Assembly (NCBI GenBank): GCA_041664605.1
Contig: JBAYKO010000001.1
Coordinates: 9,220-73,219 of the forward strand
Direction: 5' to 3'
DNA from: Minisyncoccota bacterium
GTDB lineage: Bacteria > Patescibacteriota > Minisyncoccia > Phycocordibacterales > UBA9973
DNA length: 64,000 nt
Below the pieces are notes generated by a model. The model did no database searches. It was not told the DNA's origin and worked only from the letters and a program-made list of their open reading frames with translations. The position numbers and the translations under genes were made by a program. The stretch's first letter is position 1; the number at the start of each line of letters is the position of its first letter. Positions 1-8,812 of the stretch are shown in pieces.

Positions 1-2
1 CA

Positions 3-1052
3 GCACTGATTCAAAATCCCGATATCCTACTTTTAGATGAACCAACAAATAATCTTGATACTGCAGGTATTGCCCATCTTACTGAATTTCTTATTTCTTA
101 CCCAAAGACTGTGATTGTTATTTCCCATGATTCAGATTTTTTAAATGCATTTAGTGATGGAGTTTTGTATTTAGATATATATAAACAAAAAATTGAACAG
201 TATGTTGGGAATTATAAAAATGTAGTAAAAGAAATTTCCACTAGAGTAGAAAAAGAAAATATGAAAAATGCTCAACTTGCTAAAGAAATCCAAGCCAAAA
301 AAGAAAAATCGAATGAATTTGCCCACAAAGGTGGAAGGCTTCGTCTTGTTGCAAAACGCATGAGAGAAAAAGCAGAAGAGCTTGAAGATTCTATGGTTGG
401 TGTTCGTAAAGAAGATAAAACAATTAAACCATTTATTATTCCTTGCCAAGAAGATTTGGTTGGTGAAATTATAAAAATAGATTCATTTACTACTTTTCAT
501 TCTAAAACAGGTAAAATTTCTAAACATAAAACTTCTATAAAATTAAAGAAAAATCAACATCTTTTATTGAAAGGTCCAAATGGTATTGGGAAAAGCACTC
601 TACTTGAACATCTCGCTGATTTTTCTAAAGAAGGATCATTTATATCTCCGAACATTAGAGTTGGATATTATCGTCAAGATTTTTCAACATTAAATTTCAA
701 TGATACAGTTTATGATTCACTTGCAGGCGCAATGCTTTCGAGTGGAGCAAGTCTCAATGAAGAACATTTGCGAGCAACTGCTGCTAGTTTTTTGATTACA
801 GGTGAAATTATTAGAACAAAAATTGGGGATCTTTCCGAAGGCCAAAAAGGACTTGTGGCTTTTGCATGTTTGGTCCTAGAGCGTCCTGGATTAATTATTC
901 TAGATGAACCTACAAATCATATTAATTTTCGTCATATTCCAATTATTGCTGAAGCAATTAATAAATATCAAGGGGCACTGATCCTTGTATCTCACATTCC
1001 AGAATTTGTTAAAAAAATTCGAATAGATGAAATACTTGATTTAGAAAAATAA
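3..1052 (+). CDS. ABC-F family ATPase (EttA/Uup-like translation factor), 5' end cut by the window edge
   Basis: The frame is open from the window start (ALIQNPDILLLDEPTNNLD is the Walker B of NBD1). A charged inter-domain linker follows. NBD2 carries Walker A LLLKGPNGIGKST, the signature LSEGQKG and Walker B LIILDEPTNHI. Confidence 0.85.
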   Translation, partial: ALIQNPDILLLDEPTNNLDTAGIAHLTEFLISYPKTVIVISHDSDFLNAFSDGVLYLDIYKQKIEQYVGNYKNVVKEISTRVEKENMKNAQLAKEIQAKKEKSNEFAHKGGRLRLVAKRMREKAEELEDSMVGVRKEDKTIKPFIIPCQEDLVGEIIKIDSFTTFHSKTGKISKHKTSIKLKKNQHLLLKGPNGIGKSTLLEHLADFSKEGSFISPNIRVGYYRQDFSTLNFNDTVYDSLAGAMLSSGASLNEEHLRATAASFLITGEIIRTKIGDLSEGQKGLVAFACLVLERPGLIILDEPTNHINFRHIPIIAEAINKYQGALILVSHIPEFVKKIRIDEILDLEK

Positions 1053-1075
1053 TTTTTCTTGTAATTTTGCGTAAT

Positions 1076-1105
1076 TAAAAAAGGAGCCAGTTGGCTCCTT
1101 TTTTA
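1076..1105 (+). terminator. intrinsic terminator after the ABC-F gene
   Basis: GC hairpin ggagccagttggctcc followed by a T-run. Confidence 0.7.
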
Positions 1106-1308
1106 ATTTGAAATTTTTTAATAATCTAAAACTCCCAATATGTACCTTTTAAATTTATTGTTAAAATACAACCAAATAAGTATTTTTATTATAAATCTAA
1201 AAACTGACAAGAAAGTTTTTGGGGTTTATTTTTGTGGATAACTGTACTATAATTTAGTTATAAAAATGGTGGTTTTTATGTTTTCTAAAGAAATTAAATA
1301 AAAAATAA

Positions 1309-4300
1309 ATGAATCCCGTGAAATTAACTAAACACATATTTCAAAAGCACAAATTAGAATTTATGTGTGTTTTAGTGTTAGTTTTTTTTATTAGTATTTA
1401 TTCTTTATATAAATCTAATGCCTCTGGTATTATTTTAACTCATACAGGTAAAATTTATGATAATAGTGTAGATGGAAGTGGTGCAGCTTTAAATTATCCT
1501 GAAAGTGTTTTTGTTTTAGATAACTACGCTTATATTGTTTCATCTACTAGTAAGTCTCTTGAAATAATTAATATTACAAACAAATCAGCTCCAGTTCACA
1601 CTGGTACAATTTATGATAATAGTATAGATGGAAGTGGTGCGGTATTGCTTTATCCAAGGGATGTTTTTGTTCAAGGAAATTATGCTTATATTGCTTCATC
1701 TGGTAGCCATGCTCTTGAAATAATTGATATTACAAACAAAGCAACTCCTATTCACACTGGTGTAATTTATAGTGATTTTTTAAGTGGAAGCGGTGCAACA
1801 TTAAATTCTCCTAGTAGTGTTTTTGTTTTAGATAATTATGCATATCTTACTTCAGGAACTCCTGGATCTTTGGAAATTATAGATATTACAAACAAAGCAA
1901 CTCCAGTTCATATGGGGGTAGTTAATGATGCAGATTTAGCTGATGGTCCTACTGATCTTTTTGTTCAAGGGAATTACGCATATATTCCTTCATATTATAG
2001 TGATGCTCTTGTAATTATAGATATTACAAACAAAGCAGCTCCAGTTCATGCTGGTACAATTTATGATAATAGTATAGATGGAAGTGGTGCAGCGTTAAAT
2101 TCACCTGTTAGTGTTTTTGTTTTAGATAACTACGCTTATGTTACTTCGCTTGATAGTCTGTCTCTTGAAATAATCAATATTACAAACAAATCAGCTCCAG
2201 TTCACACTGGTACAATTTATGATAATAGTATAGATGGAAGTGGTGCATTTATTGCTTTTCCAAATGATGTTTTTGTCCAAGGGAATTATGCTTATATAGT
2301 TTCTTCTTTTTATGATGTTCCACCAGATATTTCTGGTAATGGTGTTCTTGAAGTAGTAGATATTTCTATTCCAACTGCTCCAGTTCATTTAAATAAAATA
2401 TTTGATATTGATGGTGGTGCAGCATTAGACGGTCCTTCTTCTGTTTTTATACAAGAAAATTATGCTTATATAGTTTCTAATCTTAGTAATTCTTTTGAAA
2501 TAATAAATATTTCTGAAAATAATCCTCCTGTTATTACCCGTCTTGGAACAACTCCTATTACTTTAAATGTTGGTGATTCTTATACTGACGCTGGTGCAAC
2601 TGCTTTTGATGATGTTGGTGGAAATATAACAGCAGATATTATTACTGTTAATCCCGTAGATATAAATACTCCTGGAACTTATACAGTTACTTACAATGTG
2701 ACAGATAATGAAGGAAATTCTGCTACTGAAGTTACTAGAACAGTGAATGTAGAAGATAATCCTCCCGTTATAACATTACTTGGAACAACCCCTGTAACTA
2801 TTCATCAAGGAGACACATATACTGATGCAGGAGCTACAGCATTAGATGACGTAGATTTAGATATTACTGCAAGTATAGTTACTGTAAATCCAGTTGATAT
2901 AAATACTCTTGGAACTTACACAATTACTTACAATGTTACAGATAGTGGTTTAAATAATGCAACTGAAGTTACTAGAATAGTAAATGTAGTTGATGTAACT
3001 ATTCCTCTTATTACTTTGGTAGGAGATAATCCATCGACAGTTATTAAAGGACAAACTTATACTGATGCTGGAGCAACAGCAGTAGATGATACAGATGGAG
3101 ATATCACAGCTAGTATAATAATTACTGGTTTAGATACAATTGATACAAATACTGTTGGAAGTTACACGGTTTATTATAATGTCAGTGACTTAGCATTAAA
3201 CCCAGCCCTCGAAGTAACTCGAACAGTAAATGTAGTAGATAATTCTCCAGTGATTACTTTAGTTGGGGATGCTTCTGTTACTATTGATGAAGGAACTTCA
3301 TATACTGACGCTGGGGCGACTGCATTAGATGACGTAGATTTAAATATTACTGCAAGTATAGTTACAGTAAATCCAGTTGATATAAATACCCCAGGAACTT
3401 ATACAGTTACTTACAATATTACTGACAGTGGAGGAAATCCTGCAACTGAAGTTACTAGAATAGTAATTGTTTCTGAAGTTATTTCTAGTTGTGTTGGATG
3501 CGCTTGTGGTGGTTGTGGATATAGTCTTCTTCCAGTTGCTGGTGGTTGGAGTGATTGGACTCCAGTTAATGATGGCGTTTGTGGAACAATCATAGAGCAA
3601 ATTCGTACTTGTACAAATCCAACTCCAGCTTACAATGGGGCAGATTGTAGTTTATTAGATGGTGGAAATAATTCTCGAAATTTTTCAAATCCAGATTGTA
3701 CAATAGTTCCAACTTGTACTGATCAAATTAAAAATGGAACAGAAACTGAGATAGACTGTGGTGGTTCTTGTCCAATTTGTTTAATTTCAATTCCTTTCTG
3801 TATAGAATTTCCAGAAAAATGTATTCCACCACCAGATCCAATTTTAACTTGTGAAGAACTTGGAAATTGTCCAATTACTACTGATTCAATAAATCCCGAA
3901 AATCCTACTGATCCAATAAATCCCGAAAATCCGAGTCTTCTATCAATAAATAACATAACTTCAGAAAATTTAATTTCACAAAATTCAAATCTAGTTTCAG
4001 TTTCAACAATATCCTCTCCAATAATTCACCCAGAAATTGATTCAATTTTTCGAATTATTTCAGGATTATCTCTAATATTAGCTGTAGCCACAGCTTCAGA
4101 ACTAGCACCAATTTTATTCCGAATGTGGTCCCTCTTCCTAACCGCCCTCGGCCTCCGCAAAAAAGTAAAACCCTGGGGCGTAGTCTTTGATGCAATAACT
4201 AAACAACCATTGGATCCTGTTTATGTATCATTACAGAACATGGATGGAACAGAAGTAACATCATGTATTACAGACCTAGATGGTAGATATGGCTTCCTAG

Positions 4301-4938
4301 TACCACCAGGACTCTACAAGATAGTTCCAAATAAAACAAACTATTTCTTTCCATCTAAAACATTATCTGAACACATAGATGAACTATACCCAGATCTATA
4401 TTTTGGAGAAGAAATCAAAGTTTCTGATGGTGAAGTGATTGCTAATAATATACCAATGGATCCAGAACACTTTGATTGGAATGAATTCCAAAAGAACAAA
4501 CAAAAACTATTTAAATTCTATTCTAAAAAACAAAAAATATTAACTCAAATTTCTGCTTTCTTCTTTACGATAGGTATGATACTAGCAACCATTGCATTGA
4601 TTACTTTCACTAAACCTTACAATATAATTATCTTTGCTCTATATATCATAGTATTCATACTACAACGCACAGTTATCAAAAAAAGAGTAAGAGGTAAGAT
4701 TATAAAGGGAGAAGATCCATTATCATTTGCTATCATTCGCATATTCTCTAGTGCAACTGATGTAGAAATCTCCCATAAAGTAGCAGACAATATGGGAAGA
4801 TACTTTGCTCTAGTACCTAATGGAAACTACTATGTTCAAATTGAAGAAAAGAAATCTGACGGAACTTATTCTTTGGTTTACAAGTCTGAACCGATTGAGG
4901 TGAAGGGTGGAATTTTGAATAAAGGATTTGTTGTTTAA
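1309..4938 (+). CDS. large surface/adhesin-like protein: N-terminal TM/signal, about 8 LVIVD repeats, 4 DUF5011 Ig-like domains, a Cys-rich TSP1-like module, C-terminal TM helices and two carboxypeptidase-regulatory-like beta-sandwich domains
   Basis: Repeated units ...NYAYI.S....LEIIDITNKA.PVH.G.IYD... (literal LVIID). Four units PPVIT..G..P.TI..G..YTDAGATA.DD.D..IT..I....VDINT.GTYT.TYNVTD..N.ATEVTR.V.V.D. A WSDW..C...R.C motif. Hydrophobic helices near residues 1000-1090. Confidence 0.7.
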   Translation: MNPVKLTKHIFQKHKLEFMCVLVLVFFISIYSLYKSNASGIILTHTGKIYDNSVDGSGAALNYPESVFVLDNYAYIVSSTSKSLEIINITNKSAPVHTGTIYDNSIDGSGAVLLYPRDVFVQGNYAYIASSGSHALEIIDITNKATPIHTGVIYSDFLSGSGATLNSPSSVFVLDNYAYLTSGTPGSLEIIDITNKATPVHMGVVNDADLADGPTDLFVQGNYAYIPSYYSDALVIIDITNKAAPVHAGTIYDNSIDGSGAALNSPVSVFVLDNYAYVTSLDSLSLEIINITNKSAPVHTGTIYDNSIDGSGAFIAFPNDVFVQGNYAYIVSSFYDVPPDISGNGVLEVVDISIPTAPVHLNKIFDIDGGAALDGPSSVFIQENYAYIVSNLSNSFEIINISENNPPVITRLGTTPITLNVGDSYTDAGATAFDDVGGNITADIITVNPVDINTPGTYTVTYNVTDNEGNSATEVTRTVNVEDNPPVITLLGTTPVTIHQGDTYTDAGATALDDVDLDITASIVTVNPVDINTLGTYTITYNVTDSGLNNATEVTRIVNVVDVTIPLITLVGDNPSTVIKGQTYTDAGATAVDDTDGDITASIIITGLDTIDTNTVGSYTVYYNVSDLALNPALEVTRTVNVVDNSPVITLVGDASVTIDEGTSYTDAGATALDDVDLNITASIVTVNPVDINTPGTYTVTYNITDSGGNPATEVTRIVIVSEVISSCVGCACGGCGYSLLPVAGGWSDWTPVNDGVCGTIIEQIRTCTNPTPAYNGADCSLLDGGNNSRNFSNPDCTIVPTCTDQIKNGTETEIDCGGSCPICLISIPFCIEFPEKCIPPPDPILTCEELGNCPITTDSINPENPTDPINPENPSLLSINNITSENLISQNSNLVSVSTISSPIIHPEIDSIFRIISGLSLILAVATASELAPILFRMWSLFLTALGLRKKVKPWGVVFDAITKQPLDPVYVSLQNMDGTEVTSCITDLDGRYGFLVPPGLYKIVPNKTNYFFPSKTLSEHIDELYPDLYFGEEIKVSDGEVIANNIPMDPEHFDWNEFQKNKQKLFKFYSKKQKILTQISAFFFTIGMILATIALITFTKPYNIIIFALYIIVFILQRTVIKKRVRGKIIKGEDPLSFAIIRIFSSATDVEISHKVADNMGRYFALVPNGNYYVQIEEKKSDGTYSLVYKSEPIEVKGGILNKGFVV
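1438..2520. repeat. tandem LVIVD-type repeat-coding region (about 8 units)
   Basis: periodic, roughly 130-bp repeats at both the nucleotide and protein level. Confidence 0.6.
2521..3480. repeat. four tandem ~240-bp repeats encoding DUF5011-like Ig domains
   Basis: near-identical stretches such as tatactgacgctgg...gttactagaa recur four times. Confidence 0.75.
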
Positions 4939-4978
4939 ATAATTTGAAAATATCCTTATTTTCTGATATCTTTTAAAG

Positions 4979-5004
4979 ATGTCTTTATCAATCGGAATGG
5001 AGTG
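4979..5004 (+). other. attL-like remnant: duplicated ychF 5' end (encodes MSLSIGME then stop)
   Basis: Shared blocks ATGTCTT / TCAATCGG / AT.G.G with the true ychF start at 20701. Confidence 0.55.
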
Positions 5005-5369
5005 AACACACCACGACATTCTATAGAAAATAAGCTTAAATCTATTCCTTTTGAATTCTCTATAAAGATCCCAACTCCCATGCAAAGGGGAATTGATTAC
5101 GGATTTATCTCATCTAAAATAATTACTAATAAATAAAACCATCACTAGGAGGGTAGGGGCACACCCTTGTGGTAAAAACTGTGTTTATTATATAGATAGA
5201 TGTATTATGAATACGGTTTTTTGAAAGACCGCCCCCGCGGGTAGGAGTGCATGTTAATTAATTTAGAGGGATGCTTATGATATTTAAAAAAATTATAAAA
5301 AAAATAAAAATTTAAAAAAATTAAAATTCACTTCTGGTAAAATTACTAAAAATATGTTATAATAATATT

Positions 5370-5696
5370 ATGGAATTACAAGAAATAAACACAAAGGAAA
5401 TTGAAAAAAGAGAAAAGATATATTCAGCTTTACCTCATGAAAAAGCTCGTGAAATTTTAGTTACAAAATTGCAAACAGAATTTGGATATATAGTAGATAA
5501 AGCAATTAAACAAGCTAAGGATGGCGATTCTGAAGCTCGTAGGTGGCTCACAGATAGAGCGTGGGGCAAAGCTAAAGAAAGTATTGATATGAATGTACGA
5601 CCAGTATTTTCTCTAAAAGCATTATCTGAAAGTGCAGATAGAATGGAAAGAGAAGATAAAATGCCACCACCTATTCCCTTGGAACAACTTATTTAA
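5370..5696 (+). CDS. hypothetical protein (first gene of the element)
   Basis: 108-aa ORF with no recognisable motif. Confidence 0.4.
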   Translation: MELQEINTKEIEKREKIYSALPHEKAREILVTKLQTEFGYIVDKAIKQAKDGDSEARRWLTDRAWGKAKESIDMNVRPVFSLKALSESADRMEREDKMPPPIPLEQLI

Positions 5697-5739
5697 ACTA
5701 ATTTAAAATTATTTTTAACATTTTTTAAACTATTTAAGC

Positions 5740-7890
5740 TTGAGAAATAGGGTCTTTTGTGGCATTATTAATAATATGTCATTAAATCTTTCAAACAACG
5801 AAAAACGAGATGTTATAAAGTTTTTAGAAGCTGGTGAACCTTTGCCAGAAAAGTATCGCTTTTTGCTATTTAAGGATGACAGAGAAGTGGAGCTTGTGTG
5901 GAATGGAAAGACTGAGGAGGTGACAAATGTTGTCCTTCCATTTCAGACCATTGAGCAGATTGATGAACCAAGAGAAGGAAAAGAATTTGGTGATGGTGGA
6001 ACTCTTTTTGATATGTCAGGGAAACAAATAACTGGCTGGACAAATAAACTTATCTGGGGAGATAATAAACTTATTCTTTCTTCTCTAAAAAATGGACCAC
6101 TTCGTAAGGAGATAGAAGCTCAGGGGGGCTTGAAATTAATCTACATAGACCCCCCATTTGATGTTGGAGCTGATTTCTCGATGGATATAAAAATTGGTGA
6201 TGGTGAAGATGAAGAAAGTTTTACTAAAAAGCCCTCAGTTATTGAAGAAATTGCTTTTCGTGATACTTGGGGTAATGGAGTAGATAGTTTTATTGCAATG
6301 ATTTATGAGCGTTTGAAATTAATGCATGATTTACTTGCAGAAGATGGAAGTATTTATGTACATTGCGATTGGAGACTTAATAGTTGTATGCGTTTAATCT
6401 TAGATGAGATTTTTGGAAAAGATAATTTTACAAATGAAATTATCTGGAAATATTTTGGACCAAACAGCTCAAAGAAAAATTATCCTAAAAAACATGATAC
6501 AATTTTATTTTATTCAAAAACAGATTCAAAAATATTTAATTTTGATGCGTGTTTGGTAGATTATGACGAAAAAGCAATTGCTAGATATGATAAAACTGAT
6601 AAAGATGGAAAAAAATATAAAATTTATTTTGATAAAGATGGAAAGGAAATAAGGGCTTATTTAAAAGAAGGAACCCCAACAGAGATATTTGAAATACCAT
6701 TTATTCAAGGAATAGAAACACAAAAAACTGATTATCCAACTCAAAAACCAGAAAAATTGCTAGAAAGAATTATAAAAGCATCTTCAAATGATGGTGACCT
6801 CATTGCTGATTTTTTCTGTGGCTCAGGGACAACACTTGCTGTTGCTGAAAAATTAAATAGAAAATGGATTGGTTCTGATTTGGGTAAATTTGGAATTCAT
6901 TCTACTCGTAAAAGAATGATAGGAATCCAAAGAGAACTCAAAAAAGCAGGAAAAGATTTTCGAGCATTTGAGATTCTTAATGTTGGTAAATATGAAAGAG
7001 AAAATTTCTTGAACATAAATGAAGATTTGAGAGCTGAACAGAAAGCTAAACAAGCAGAAAGAAAAGAAAAGGAATTTGTTAAACTGATTTTATCTGCTTA
7101 TAAAGCTGAGGCTGTAGAATCTTTTATAAATATTGTTGGTAAAAAACGGGATAGATTAATTGCAGTAGGACCAATAAATACTCCCGTATCTTCTGAATTA
7201 ATAAGACAAATAGTTTCTGAGTGTAAAGAAAAAAATATTACTAAAATTGATGTGCTAGGTTTTGATTATGAGATGGGATTAGATTTTTCTCAATACAAAG
7301 ATCAAAATATAGATATATTATTTAAAAAAATTCCAAGAGAAGTATTTGATAAAAAGGCTGTAGAAAAAGGACAAGTAAAATTCTATGACGTAGCTTTTCT
7401 TGAAGTTGAAGCAATTATTTCTGGTAAAGGAAATAGTAAAGAGCTTTCCATTAAATTGACTGATTTTTCTGTTTTTTATAATCAAGATAATGATGGGGAA
7501 ATAGAAGAAGCACTAAAACCGGGAAGTTCAAAAATTGTTGTTAAAAATGGACAAGTAATAAAAATAAACAAAGATAAACAAACTGAAAATGTTTCTGAAG
7601 AAATTTTAACAAAAAAATGGAGTGATTGGGTTGATTATTGGGCAATAGATTATGATTTTACAGACAGAAAAGAAATCATAAAAGTAATTAAAGATGGAAC
7701 AGAAAAAGAAGTTTGGACTGGAAGTTATATTTTTGATAATGAATGGCAGGAATTTAGAACAAAAAAGAAAAGAAGTCTTGAGTTGGTTTCTGCTCCCAAA
7801 GAATTACCCAAGGGAACTTATAAGGTAGCTGTAAAAATCGTCGACATTTTTGGTAATGATACTACAAGAGTAATTGATGTTAAGATATAA
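5740..7890 (+). CDS. mod: Type III restriction-modification methyltransferase (Mod), N6-adenine specific
   Basis: LIYIDPPFDVGADFSM (DPPF motif IV) and DFFCGSGTTLAVAEKLNRKWIGSDL (FxGxG motif I); the order motif IV before motif I is beta-class; 716 aa. Confidence 0.8.
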   Translation: MRNRVFCGIINNMSLNLSNNEKRDVIKFLEAGEPLPEKYRFLLFKDDREVELVWNGKTEEVTNVVLPFQTIEQIDEPREGKEFGDGGTLFDMSGKQITGWTNKLIWGDNKLILSSLKNGPLRKEIEAQGGLKLIYIDPPFDVGADFSMDIKIGDGEDEESFTKKPSVIEEIAFRDTWGNGVDSFIAMIYERLKLMHDLLAEDGSIYVHCDWRLNSCMRLILDEIFGKDNFTNEIIWKYFGPNSSKKNYPKKHDTILFYSKTDSKIFNFDACLVDYDEKAIARYDKTDKDGKKYKIYFDKDGKEIRAYLKEGTPTEIFEIPFIQGIETQKTDYPTQKPEKLLERIIKASSNDGDLIADFFCGSGTTLAVAEKLNRKWIGSDLGKFGIHSTRKRMIGIQRELKKAGKDFRAFEILNVGKYERENFLNINEDLRAEQKAKQAERKEKEFVKLILSAYKAEAVESFINIVGKKRDRLIAVGPINTPVSSELIRQIVSECKEKNITKIDVLGFDYEMGLDFSQYKDQNIDILFKKIPREVFDKKAVEKGQVKFYDVAFLEVEAIISGKGNSKELSIKLTDFSVFYNQDNDGEIEEALKPGSSKIVVKNGQVIKINKDKQTENVSEEILTKKWSDWVDYWAIDYDFTDRKEIIKVIKDGTEKEVWTGSYIFDNEWQEFRTKKKRSLELVSAPKELPKGTYKVAVKIVDIFGNDTTRVIDVKI

Positions 7891-7895
7891 AAACT

Positions 7896-8720
7896 ATGAG
7901 CTTTTTTAAAAACAATAAAGAAATAAAGACGGAAGATCTTAAGCTTTCAGATTATGATCAAATTTGGACCAAATTTTGTTTTCTTGATGAAACAGGAAGT
8001 TTAAATAATAATACAGACCCATTTTTTACTGTTGGAATAATAAAAATGAGCCAACCTTATTATTTGATGAATAAATTACTTTACGAAAGAAATAAAAGAA
8101 ATTTTTATGATGAGATGCATTTCAATAAACTTTCAAGAAAAAACATTGGTTTTGCAAAATTTGCACTGGAATCATTTTTTGATACAAAGGGTACTTATTT
8201 TTATTCTTATTCAGTTGACAAAGACGGAAGATATTTTAAAAAAGAATTTGGAGAAGACCCATGGAAAGCCTATGAGCAACTCACCACTCGTTTACTTGAG
8301 GCAGTTTTATCAGAGAAAGAAATTTTAGTTTTATTAGCTGATCATGTTACTGTTCCAAAAGAGATAAGATTTGAGGTTAATGTAAAAAAAAATATGAATA
8401 GCAAACTTGGTAGACTAGCAATTGCAGGGGTATGTCGCTTAGATTCTAGATCAAATGATTTATTACAAGTAGTTGATTTAATTATTGGGGCAATTAGTTA
8501 TGATTTAAAAGTAAAAGTAGGTGCAATAAAAGGAAATAGTGAATGCAAAATGGAGTTTCTTAAACTTTTAAAAGAAAACTTAGGATCAGATGATTTATTG
8601 AATGGATTTAGAAATAGAAATTTTAACATTTTTGTAGACAAAGATATGAAAACTAGATTACCCTTAGAAAACAATGATAATTTAGAAGATGAGGTAAATG
8701 AAAAAGGGCCATCATCCTAA
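7896..8720 (+). CDS. hypothetical protein, possibly DUF3800-like, sitting between mod and res
   Basis: N-terminal CFLDETGS resembles the DUF3800 IYIDESG start; no other motif recognised. Confidence 0.4.
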   Translation: MSFFKNNKEIKTEDLKLSDYDQIWTKFCFLDETGSLNNNTDPFFTVGIIKMSQPYYLMNKLLYERNKRNFYDEMHFNKLSRKNIGFAKFALESFFDTKGTYFYSYSVDKDGRYFKKEFGEDPWKAYEQLTTRLLEAVLSEKEILVLLADHVTVPKEIRFEVNVKKNMNSKLGRLAIAGVCRLDSRSNDLLQVVDLIIGAISYDLKVKVGAIKGNSECKMEFLKLLKENLGSDDLLNGFRNRNFNIFVDKDMKTRLPLENNDNLEDEVNEKGPSS

Positions 8721-8812
8721 CGGTTGACGCCCTTTTTCGGTACATTTGTATTATACATTAGACACCGGTGTAATACAAGTACAAATAAAAGTTATCCACA
8801 ATAAACAAATTT

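Noticed and set aside
4810-5085. 91-aa minus-strand ORF
   Set aside because: It runs antisense across the end of the surface-protein gene and the attL remnant, with no support.
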